In this document: in pieces, positions 1 to 11,206 of the stretch
Layout of the letters: each line of letters opens with the position of its first letter
Position numbering within the stretch: the first letter of the stretch is position 1
Source: Mobula hypostoma
Taxonomy: Eukaryota
Reading direction: 5' to 3'
Length of the DNA stretch: 64,000 nucleotides
NCBI RefSeq assembly: GCF_963921235.1
Contig: NC_086108.1
Location: 16,306,001-16,370,000 of the forward strand
Notes under the pieces: generated by a model
Database searches by the model: none
What the model saw: the letters and a program-made list of their open reading frames with translations, nothing else
What the model was told of the DNA's origin: nothing
Translations under genes and position numbers: made by a program

Positions 1-289
1 GCACAAATTTGTATGAACAAATAGCCTGGATTACCAAATAAACAGGGAACTGCAAAATAAATAATGGTGATGCATACCATAAAATATTATTAGGTTCCCT
101 TAAGCTAAGAATTCTTTTAGTGAGCCCAGAATATCATTGGACCAGAAAGGTAAAATCCTTGTCCATACTTGTATTAAATGCCTTACAATTTCAAAACAAT
201 TTATTCAATCCAACCAATGTTAGACAGCAAAAAACTTGCTGTTCTAATAGGTTTCCTGTATTTCTGATGGATAACAAATGCTTTGGTAT

Positions 290-511
290 GGATAGTTTCA
301 GCTTCTTTCTCTCTGCCATCAGATTTCTGAATGGACAATTAACCCACGTACACTACCTCACTGCTTTTTTTTTGCACTTTATGCACTTATTTTTCAATAT
401 ATATTGCATTTCTTATTGTAGTTTATAGTTTATTATTATATATTGAAATGTAACGCTACCACAAAACAACTAATTTCGCAACATATGCCAATGATATTAA
501 ATCTGATTCTG
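290..511 (+). mobile_element. 3' UTR fragment of a LINE (probably Rex1/Babar-like)
   Basis: T-rich stretch ending gatattaaatctgattctg; homologous to 43190-43352. Confidence 0.5.
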
Positions 512-814
512 GATAAGATTTTGTGAAATAAAAATAATTATGCTATGCTACTAAATGCTAAATCTATCAGCGTAAGTTGGTAATTGAGACCAAATGAAAA
601 ATCTGGATGCTGTGGAATTGGGACCCAAGATATTTAAAAACTATGTTAAAGATACTGAAAATATGTGGCCTGCAGCTCTTTTGTTGTATATTCTGAGGCT
701 ATTTAAATATGTAGTCAATAACACATTATTTACATCAACATATTTACATAATTTACATGAACAATTTGGAAAAGGGGACTGAGTATAGTGTATCTAAGTT
801 GCCAATAACACTAA

Positions 815-1480
815 ATTGAGTTGAAAAGCAAATTGTACAGAGGATCTGGAAGGTCTACATAAAGATAAGTTAAGTGAGTGGACAAGGGTTTGGTAGATAG
901 AATACAACATCGATAAATGTGAGGTTATCCACTTTGGAAAGAAAAACAGAGAATGGATTTTTATTTAAATGGTAGTGAAAGGTAGCCGCAGAGGCATTTG
1001 GGAGTGCTTGTGCTTGAATTGCAAAAAGCTGGTCTGCAGTGCAACAGGTTATCAAGAAGGTTAATGGAATGTTGGCTTTCACTGCAAGAAGGATTGAATT
1101 TAACAGCAGAGAGGTTTGGCTGCAACTGTACTGGGGAGACTGCATTTGGAGTACTGTGTGCAATTCCGGTGTCCTTACTTGAGGAAAGATATTGGCTTTG
1201 GAGGATACACCAGGTCGATTCCAGAGATGAGGGGGTGAGCCTTTGAAGAGAGATTGCATTACCTGGGACTATACTCACTATAATGCAGAGAAATGAGAGA
1301 GAATCTTATAGAAACATAAACTTAAGCAAGGGATAGACCAGAACTAGGGGACAAAGCCTCAAGATTAGAGGGAATAGATTTAGGACAGAGATGAGGAGAA
1401 ACTGCTTTTCCAAGGGAGTAGTGAATCTGCAGAATTTTCTGTCTAGAAAAGCAGTAATGGTTGCCACATTAAATGTATTG
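815..1480 (+). mobile_element. Degenerate CR1-type LINE 3' fragment
   Basis: Decayed KCEVIHFG and HLEYCVQF coding sequence; homologous to other CR1 copies in the window. Confidence 0.75.
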
Positions 1481-1949
1481 GCATATTGATATATTGGCTG
1501 AAGATGAGGTCACAGCTCAGTTTTAGTTGGGTGTTTAGTGTTTTTTGATGGTCTGGAGACAAAGAAGGCAGTTGGATTCAGATTATGATTTAAGGGACAG
1601 GGATATGGGCGAATTAGAGGACATGCGGAGTCTTAAGTCTCCGCTCTGTATTTGAAGGACAGCAATGTTGACGTGGGACACCTGAAGATTGGGCTGGGAT
1701 TGCCAGCCGACAGGTTAGTGTGGACGAAGGCTGGTGGCTCCCCTGGGTCAGTGAGTTACCAGCAGCTTCTACAGTCAGTGTTCCATGTGGGCAGGAGAAC
1801 AAAGTCTGATGAACCCCCTGGGTTTGCAATTCAGTGAGACCAGATTAATAAATATATTATTACATCAATCCACAACAAAATTCAAACTCCTAACCTAAAA
1901 GGCACTTTTGCAAGTACGTTAGCTAGACCAAATGTATGGATTCAGCAAG

Positions 1950-3025
1950 GCAGCCAAGAATTTAAAGCAGTGGCTAACTGGCAGGAGGCAAGGAGTGGGA
2001 ATAAAGGGCACTTTTTCTGATTGGCTGCCGGTGACAAGTGGTACAAGTTGGGACTGCTTTTTACGTTATATGTCAATGATTTGGATGATGGAATTGATGG
2101 CTTTGTTGCAAAGTTTTCAGATGATATGAAGATAGCTGGAGGGACAGGTAGTTTTGAGGAAGTAGAGAGGCTACAGAAGGACTTAAATAAACTAGGAGAA
2201 TGGGAAAATAAATGGCAGATGGAATACAGTTTTGGGAAGTGTATGATCATGCATTTCGGTAGAAGAAGTGTAAGAGTTTCTAAATAGAAAAAACCACAAA
2301 AAACTGAGGTGCAAAGAGACTTGGGAGTCCTTGGAGGTTAATTTGCAGGTTGAGTCTGTGGTGAAGAAGGCAAATGCAATGTTAGCCTTCATTTCAAGAG
2401 GACTAGAATGTAAGAGCAAGGATGTAACACTAAAACTTTATAAAAGCACTGGTGAGGCCTCACTTGGAGTATTGTGATCAGGTTTGGTCCCTTTATCTTA
2501 GAAAGGATATGCTGAAACTGGAGAAGATTCAAAGGAGGTTCATGAAAACAATTCCAGCATTGATTGACTTGTCATATGAAGAGCGTTTGATAGCTCTGGG
2601 TCTGCATTGTCTAGAATTCAGAAGAATGAGGGGTGACCTCATTGAAACCTATCAAAGGTTGAAAGGCCTCAATGGAGTTACATTGGAGAGGATGTTTCCT
2701 ATGGTGGAAGAGTCTAAGACCAGAGGACACAGCCTCAGTTTAGAGAGGTGACCTTTTAGAGCAGATGTGAGGAAGAATTCCTTTAGCCAGAGAGTGGAGG
2801 ATCTGTGGAATTCTTTGCCACAGCCAGCAGTGAAGGCCATATCCGTATGTATATTTATGGCAGAGGTTGATAGAATCTAGATTGGTCAGAGCATGAAGGG
2901 AAATGGGAAGGCGGCAGGAGACTGGGGCTGAGAGGAAAATTAGATCAGCCATGAAGAAATAGCGGAGCAGACTCGATGGACCAAATGGCCTAATTCTGCT
3001 CCTATATCGTATGGTCTTATGGTCT
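1950..3025 (+). mobile_element. 5'-truncated CR1-type LINE
   Basis: RT remnants FSDDMK and RPHLEYC with frameshifts; tail tatggtcttatggtct. Confidence 0.85.
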
Positions 3026-3229
3026 AAGTAAACAAAATTATTCTTCACCCTTACTTTCATTTTATTCTTAATTCAAGACATTATACTATGTTCTGCAGGA
3101 CGCAATTATATTAATGGGGTCACAACATGCAGAGAAAAATGGCTAGGATCGCCCACAAAACATTGATCAATGCATTCATGGTATCTTCACCATGCATGTC
3201 AACTGAAAAGATTTAAGTCAACCACTCAC

Positions 3230-3417
3230 TTCTTCTGATGTTCCAGCCAGGCCAGCTCAGCTTTTGTCTTTTCCTTCAAAGCTCGTTCACGTAACTTGAG
3301 GAGTGACACTTGATGCTGGGCACGCATTTCTTCCTCTTTCATGTACTGTCTTACCATCTCCATTGTAAATTTGGAGAAACTGTCCTGGCCCCCAGAGAAG
3401 GGCATGCTAAAATCATG
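3230..3417 (-). CDS. CEP350: CEP350 coding exon (most 3' exon found in window)
   Basis: Acceptor TCTCTCCAG, donor AA|GTGAGT; 188 nt, phase 0 to 2; HDFSMPFSGGQDSFSKFTMEMVRQYMKEEEMRAQHQ...EKTKAELAWLEHQKK. Confidence 0.96.
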
Positions 3418-5363
3418 CTGGAGATAGATAAGATAGATATATAATGTATCAGATGAAGAGAGCTGCTGTGGCTGACGCAAGGTAGGCCACTTTTAACAAA
3501 CTTGAATTACGAATATAGGCAACAGAACAAATCAACACAGCTATCAGGCATGACACATGCGAAACACATGACCTTGGCAAAATGCCACACTGCTCTTCAG
3601 ATTCAGCAAGTCACAATACTTAAAAACATTTCAATAAGTACAACGGCGGTAAAGGTACAGGTACATCACACCTTATCAGACCAGGAATGCAACTACTTGA
3701 CTTCATCGGATTCTAAACACTGATAACTAACTAAATTAATAACTTGGTCACGAAGTTGTTTCTTAAGTCCATAAGATATAAGGGCAGAAGTAGGCCATTC
3801 AGCCCATCGAGTCTGCTTCCCCATATAATCACGGCTGATCCAAATTTTCCAGTCATCCCAATTCCCCTGCCTTCTCCCCATACCCTTTGATGCCCTGGCT
3901 AATCAAGAGCCTATCTATCTCTGCCTTAAATGCACCCAAAAACTTGGCCTCCACAGCCGCTCATGGCAACAAATTCCACCCTCTGACTAAAGTAATATCT
4001 TCGCATCTCAGTTCTAAATGGACGTCCTTCAATCCCGAAGTTTTGCCCTTTTGTCCTAGACTCCCCTACCATGGGAAATAACTTGGCCATATCTAATCTC
4101 TTCAGGCCTTTTAACATTCAGAATGTTTCTATGAGATTCCCCCTCATTCTCCTGAACGCCAAGGAATACAGCCCAAGAGCTGCCAGACGTTCCTCATACA
4201 GTAACCCTTTCATTCCTGGAATCATTCTCGTGAATCTTCTCTGAACCCTCTCCAATGTCAGTATATCCTTTCTAAAATAAGGAACTCAAAACTGCACACT
4301 ATACTCTAAATGTAGTCTCAGGAGTGCCTTATAGAGCCTCAACATCACATCCCTGCTCTTATATTCTATACCTCCAGAAATGAATGCCAACATTGCATTT
4401 GCCTTCTTCACCACCGACTCAACCTGGAGGTTAATCTTTAGGGTATCTTGCATCTCTGCATTTTGAATTCTCTCCCTATCTAAATAATAGTCTGCCCATT
4501 TATTTCTTCCACCAAAATGCATGACCATACACTTTCCAACACTGTATTTCATTTGCCACTTCTTTGCCCATTCCCCTAAACTATCCAATTCTCTCTGCAG
4601 GCTCTGTTTCCTCAACACTACCCACTCCCCCACCCATCATTGTATCATTGGCAAATTTAGCCACAAATCCATTAATCCCATAGTCCAAATTACTGACGAA
4701 CATCATAAAAAAGCAGCGGTCCCAACACCGACCCCTGTTGAACTCCACTGGTAAACGGCAGCCAGCCAGAACAGGATCCCTTTATTCCCACTCTGTTTTC
4801 TGCCGATCAGCCAATGCTAGTGCCTTCAGTGTAATTCCTTGGGCTTTTATCTTGCTAAGCAGCCTCATGTGCAGCACCTTGTCAAAGGCCTTCTGAAAAT
4901 CCAAGTACATCACATCTACTGCATCTCCTTTGTCTATTCTGTTTGTAATATCCTCAAAAAATTGCAGGAAAGCATGCTGGCTTAGACCTATATTGTCATG
5001 TGCATCCAGGTACTCTGTAATCTCACCCCTAACTATTGAGTCCAACAACTTCCCAACCACTGATGTCAGGCTAACAGGTCTATAGTTTCCTTTCTGCTGC
5101 CTCCCACCCTTCTTAAATAGCAGAGCAACATTTGCTATTTTCCAGTCATCCAGTACCATGCCAGAATCTATCGATTCTTGAAAGATCATTGTTAATGCCT
5201 CCACAATCTCTCTAGCTACTTCCTTCAGAACCCGAGGGTACACTCTGTCAGGTCCAAGAAATTTACCCACCCTCTGACCATTAAGCTGCTTGAGCACCTT
5301 TCTCAGTCGTAATTTTCACTGCACATATTTCACTTCCTTGACACTCTTGAATGTCTGGAATAC

Positions 5364-7534
5364 CAGACCAGAATATAGGTGATAAGTCAACTATAAGTCA
5401 CTTATAAATGGCTAATCACTCAATTTCGTTTCTAAAAGGGTTTATCTAACAAATTTAATATTAAACACACAGCAACACACATCAAAGTTGCTGGTGAACG
5501 CAGCAGCCCAGGCAGCATCTCTAGGAAGAGGTACAGTTGACGTTTCGAGAGGTCTCCGCCTGAAACGTCAACTGTACCTCTTCCTAGAGATGCTGCCTGG
5601 CCTGCTGCATTCACCAGCAACTTTGATGTGTGTTGCTTGAATTTCCAACATCTGCAGAATTCCTGTTGTTAAACACACAGCGCTATTTTCCTCACATGAA
5701 TATAGTGATAAGTCAATTATAAGTCACTTATAAGTCAATAGCATCATAACATTTTAAGTAACGTTTGGATATTAAACACACAGTGCATATTTTCCTCATA
5801 CGAACATATAAAATCATTGCAACACACCAATATCGCTGAATCAGTGGGAGCCCTGGGTTTGTTTCCCTGCAACAAGACGGTCCCATCGAGGGGTGATGGG
5901 AGACAGCGATACTCGAAGGGGGTTCCTTGTGTCCAGTCTATTCTGCAATTTAGTTTTTGTTGCATTCATTGCAGAAAACCCCGCTTCGCAGAGATATGAT
6001 GTTGGAAATGGAAGCAACGTTTTCAGTGCTCTGGTGGCTATCTTAGGATATTCAGCCTTGACTTTGATCCAGAATGCCAGCAGAGATGTTATGTCAAACA
6101 TACTTTTCAGACCACCGTCAATTGCAAGCTCGATGAGTTGACCTTCTTCCCACGCTGACATGAATGATTCACCGGGGACATTCACAAATGGGTCACGGAC
6201 CCACTCTTTTGCACGTCTTAGGTCATTTGCGGTTGGGAAGTAACACTCGAATTCTGTCGACAGCGAAGATAGGTGTTCGCGCACCAGCTGTGAGAAGGAT
6301 GGTGCAGCCTCAATCTCTCCTAAAATCCCAGCTAATGTTGGGAACATGTAAAATATGCCCCTGTCCACTCGCCGTCCCCACTGTTCCAGTTTGGCTTTGA
6401 AAGCAGACATTTTATCTGCCAACTTGAAGACAGTTGTCATTCTCCCCTGAAGTGACAAATTGAGCTCATTGAGCAGGTTGAAGGTGTCACACAGATAAGC
6501 AAGTTTTGCTATCCACTCCTTGTCACTGAAGTGTGCTGCCAGTGGTGACTTTTTTCGTGAAAGGAATCTCTGTAGCTGCTCTCTTAACTCAAAAACCCTG
6601 GCCAGGACCCTCCCCCTGAAAGCCACCTGATTTCAGTGTGTAAGAGAAGGTATTTGTGCTCTGCATCCATTTCCTCACAAAGCTGCTCAAATAGAAGTGA
6701 GTTAAAGGCTTTTGCTTTGATGTGATTGATAACTTCAACAACGTCACTCAATACACTGTTAAGATCAGGTGACATTTTTCAGCTATTGATTGTCCTTTAA
6801 ACTGTGGTAGCTGAAAGAGAAACCTGCGCCATCTTGTTAGCTGCAGCTTCTCCCAACAGTTCACCGCACATGTCCTTGGCAGCAGGCAGAATCAATTCTT
6901 CACCAACAGTGAAAGGCTCCTTAGCCTTAGCAATATGGCTAGCCACAAAGTACGACGCTCTTAGAGCAGCAGCATTTGTGGAGGTGGTGGCTCTCAGTAC
7001 TTGCTTCTGCCCCGCTTGCTCACATTTTTTCCGCTCAAAAATCTCAACGGGTTTGTCTTTAAGTGCAGGGTGCTGGACTCAAGGTGCTGAAGCAGTTTTG
7101 AGGGCTCCATTGCCTTATTAGACAGCTTGTCTCCACATATCACACACAGGGGGTTTGGAGCGTGCGAGTCACCGGTCGCAATAAAGCCAGTACTTTATGT
7201 ACCACTCATCCTATTTTCCGTTGAAGGAAGCTTTCTTTTTTTTTTGCAGTCTCGGCCTCCGCTGTCTCTGTGTTATCATCATCGTTAGGCCTTTTATGTC
7301 CCCTACCACTTCTTCCAAAGAAACTCTCCAACGATGTTTGTTTTTCACTCATCGAGTAATTGTAGGTTAATGACCAACTGATGACCTCACGTGCGTTCAA
7401 GTTCAACAGTGAACATGACAAGGAATGAGGAAAGGTGCAGCTGACTCATATCGTTTCATATTGCCAAATCATATTGTTTTCTTGCAGCCTGATAGCACAT
7501 GCTTTAGTCCAACAACTGTGGTTGGGGACCGCTG
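5364..7534 (-). mobile_element. hAT (Buster/Charlie-like) DNA transposon, defective
   Basis: Transposase remnants about 5841-7390 (LLLHTEIRWLS, YLCEAGFS dimerisation motif); right TIR gttggggaccgctg ends at 7534; only CAG remains at the left end; 8-bp TSD tggaatac (5356-5363) / tggtatac (7535-7542) with central TA. Confidence 0.85.
5474..5668. mobile_element. Fold-back (palindromic) PLE terminal-repeat insertion
   Basis: Inverted arms of about 75 bp (5472-5546 / 5562-5636); direct repeat ttaaacacacagc at 5461-5473 and 5669-5681. Confidence 0.85.
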
Positions 7535-7804
7535 TGGTATACAGATGTCTTCCACTGTGAAAACTGATGCAAAATACGCATTCAGTTTCTCTATGTCTCT
7601 CATTACAATACCTCCAGTGTCATTTTCTATTGGTCTTATATCTACCGTCAACTCTCTTTTACCCTTTATATACTTAAAAAATCTTTTAGTATCTTCTTTG
7701 ATATCAGTTCCCAACTTCCTTTCATAATTTAAAAACGCAAACAACAGGAATTCTGCAGATGCTGGAAATTCAAGCAACACACATCAAAGTTGCTGGTGAA
7801 CGCA

Positions 7805-9680
7805 CCTTGTCCCCATTCCAACCTCACTCCTTCGGAACGCTCTGCTCTCCACTCCCTCCGCACTAATCCTAACCTTATTATTAAACCCACTGATAAGGGG
7901 GGTGCTGTTGTAGTCTGGCATACTGACCTCTACCTTGCCGAGGCACAGCGACAACTCGCGGATACCTCCTCTTATTTACCCCTCGATCGTGACCCCACTA
8001 AGGAGCACGAGGCCATTGTCTCCCACACTATCACCGACTTTATCCACTCAGGGGATCTCCCATCCACTGCTACCAACCTTATAGTTCCCACACCCCGCAC
8101 TTCCCGTTTCTACCTCCTACCCAAGATCCACAAACCTGCCTGTCCTGGCCGACCTATTGTCTCAGCTTGCTCCTGCCCCACCGAACTCGTTTCTGCATAC
8201 CTCGACACTGTTTTATCACCCCTTGTTCAATCCCTTCCGACCTATGTTCGTGACACTTCTCACACTCTTAAACTTTTCGATGATTTTAAGTTCCCTGGCC
8301 CCCACCGCTTTATTTTCACCATGGATGTCCAGTCCTTATATACTTCCATCCCCCATCAGGAAGGTCTCAAAGCTCTACGCTTCTTTTTGGATTCCAGACC
8401 TAATCAGTTCCCCTCTACCACCACTCTGCTCCGTCTAGCGGAATTAGTCCTTACTCTTAATAATTTCTCCTTTGGCTCCTCCCATTTCCTCCAAACTAAA
8501 GGTGTAGCTATGGGCACCCGTATGGGTCCTAGCTATGCCTGCCTTTTTGTTGGGTTTGTGGAACAATCTATGTTCCGTGCCTATTCTGGTATCTGTCCCC
8601 CACTTTTCCTTCGCTACATCGACGACTGCATTGGCGCTGCTTCCTGCACGCATGCAGAACTCGTTGACTTTATTAACTTTGCCTCCAACTTTCACCCTGC
8701 CCTCAAGTTTACCTGGTCCATTTCCGACACCTCCCTCCCCTTTCTAGATCTTTCTGTCTCTGTCTCTGGAGACAGCTTATCCACTGATGTCTACTATAAG
8801 CCTACTGACTCTCACAGCTATCTGGACTATTCCTCTTCTCACCCTGTCTCTTGCAAAAACGCCATCCCCTTCTCGCAATTCCTCCATCTCCGCTACATCT
8901 GCTCTCAAGATGAGGCTTTTCATTCTAGGACGAGGGAGATGTCTTCCTTTTTTAAAGAAAGGGGCTTCCCTTCCTCCACTATCAACTCTGCTCTTAAACG
9001 CATCTCCCCCATTTCACGTACATCTGCTCTCACTCCATCCTCCCACCACCCCACAAGGAATAGGGTTCCCCTGGTCCTCACCTACCACCCCACCAGCCTC
9101 CGGGTCCAACATATTATTCTCCATAACTTCCGCCACCTCCAACGGGATCCCACCACTAAGCACATCTTTCCCTCTCCCCCTCTCTCTGCATTCCGCAGGG
9201 ATCGCTCCCTACACAACTCCCTTGTCCATTCGTCCCCCCCATCCCTCCCCACTGATCTCCCTCCTGGCACTTATCCTTGTGAGCGGAACAAGTGCTACAC
9301 ATGCCCTTACACTTCCTCCCTTACCACCATTCAGGGCCCCAAACAGTCCTTCCAGGTGAGGCATCACTTCACCTGTGAGTCGACTGGGGTGATACTACAT
9401 CCGGTGCTCCCGATGTGGCCTTTTATGTATTGGTGAGACCCGACGCAGACTGGGAGACCGCTTTGCTGAACATCTACGCTCTGTCCGCCAGAGAAAGCAG
9501 GATCTCCCAGTGGCCACACATTTTAATTCCACATCCCATTCCCATTCTGACATGTCTATCCACGGCCTCCTCTACTGTAAAGATGAAGCCACACTCAGGT
9601 TGGAGGAACAACACCTTATATTCCGTCTGGGTAGCCTCCAACCTGATGGCATGAACATCGACTTCTCTAACTTCCACTAA
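7805..9680 (+). pseudogene. PLE reverse transcriptase / GIY-YIG endonuclease ORF (5'-truncated, frameshift near 9393)
   Basis: Open for more than 500 codons with QTKGVAMGTRMGPSYA and RYIDD; Cys-rich linker PCERNKCYTC; the GVIY...YIGET motif is frameshifted here but intact in the copy at about 38050-38105. Confidence 0.9.
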
Positions 9681-9972
9681 GGCCCCACCTCCCCCTCGTA
9701 CCCCATCTGTTACTCATTTTTATTCACACATTCTTTCTCTCATTCCTTTTTCTCCCTCTGTCCCTCTGAATATACCTCTTGCCCATCCTCTGGGTCACCC
9801 CCCTCTTGTCTTTCTTCCCGGACCTCCTGTCCCATGATCCTCTCGTATCCCCTTTTACCTATCACCTGTCCAGCTCTCGGCTCCATCCCTCCCCCTCCTG
9901 TCTTCTCCTATCATTTTGCATCTCCCCTTCCCCCTCCAGCTTTCAAATCCCTTACTCACTCTTCCTTCAGTT

Positions 9973-10008
9973 AGTCCTGACGAAGGGTCTCGGCCTGAAA
10001 CGTCGACT
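9973..10008 (+). ncRNA. Minimal type I hammerhead ribozyme motif
   Basis: AGTC-CTGACGA-AGGgtctcggCCT-GAAA-CG-TC^GACT: helix I AGTC/GACT, conserved core, helix II, loop-less palindromic helix III (ACGT); predicted cleavage after C10004. Confidence 0.85.
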
Positions 10009-10259
10009 GCGCCTCTTCCTATAGATGCTGCTTGGCCTGCTGCGTTCACCAGCAACTTTGATGTGTGTTCCTTTCATAATTCATCTTTTCCTTCCTAATG
10101 ACCTTCTTAGTTTCCTTACGCAAGTTTTTAAAAGCTTCTCAATCGTCTATCTTCCCACTAGCTTTGGCTTCCTTGTGTGCCCTCTCTTTTGCTTTTACTT
10201 TGGCTCTGACCTCACTTGTCAGCCATGGTAGTGCTCTTCCATTCAAAAATTTCTTCTTA

Positions 10260-11206
10260 TCTATATATTACTAAAACACTCATGCTGTCTGTTTGTGACC
10301 TCCAATTAGCGCAAATGGTGCATTACAGCGGCACTTTTTTTTGGCTAAATCGAAATAAAATGCGCTAACTTACAGAATGTAGGCAAAGTTCAGGGTTATA
10401 TATTCATATAAAATTGCTCATTCGCCAAAAATCAACAGGCTGCCTTTCACCCGAGACCCGATCCGCCATCATGGAAATCGGGACACGACAGCCCAACGCA
10501 TGCGCACGGCCAGCCTCAGCAGCAACACCTACTGGAGCAAAAGGGCAGGGCAGCTGTATTTCGAGGGGACACATTCTGCTAATCACCATCAGCATGTGCA
10601 GGATTGGGACAGCTCTAACTGCCACCCATCAATAAGAGATAATTAAATCTTATTGTAATGACGTACTTCGAGACACCCATAAAACCCTTTGCTGCAGTCA
10701 AAAGACAGCGGTGACTATATCACATCCATTTAGGAGAGCGCCAACCACATCATCGAGAATAATCAGCATCCTTTGGTGTTACTGCTTCGTATCTTCTATC
10801 CAGAATTAGGGTAAAAAAAAAGGTCAGCTTAATTATGTTGTGTGGAAAGGGAAGGGGGACATTATTTTCAAGAGATGATGCCAAACATTGTCGGGAAGCA
10901 GCAAGGAGAGGGAGAGAACAAGATCCAGAGGAGGCCAGGGCAGCATGACTCCAGGATCAGTCAGGACAAAAAAAGATGAGAGAAGAAGAGACAGAGGAGG
11001 AGATGCATGTCCTTTGTTAAATGAGGAGCAACTATATTTGCTTTGCTACGCGTCGTTCTTCTTTAATAAACTGAGGTTTTCTACTTCAGTTTCCAAAGTA
11101 AAGCGATACCAATAGCATTCAGGAAAATTTAATATTCATTCTGGTCACATCAGACGGCACTACCCTTCTCTCAAAGGGTGCCCCAACGGGTCACCCCATT
11201 GTCTAG
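10260..11206 (+). mobile_element. Non-autonomous Helitron (947 bp)
   Basis: 5' TC (TCTATATATTA), 3' CTAG, subterminal hairpin GGGTG-C-CCC AAC GGG-T-CACCC (11176-11196), inserted between A10259 and T11207 with no TSD; removal restores the host CR1. Confidence 0.88.

Larger units (their letters stand above)
7730..10067 (+). mobile_element. Penelope-like element (Neptune type), 5'-truncated, with an inverted terminal-repeat piece at its 5' end
   Basis: 14-bp TSD ttcctttcataatt (7716-7729 / 10068-10081); 7730-7804 is an inverted copy of the terminal repeat; RT plus GIY-YIG coding region; hammerhead motif near the 3' end. Confidence 0.92.

Noticed and set aside
7790..7804. Start of the 548-aa PLE ORF (MLVNA) as the true N-terminus
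   Set aside because: These codons come from the inverted terminal-repeat piece and begin at a TTG; the element is 5'-truncated.
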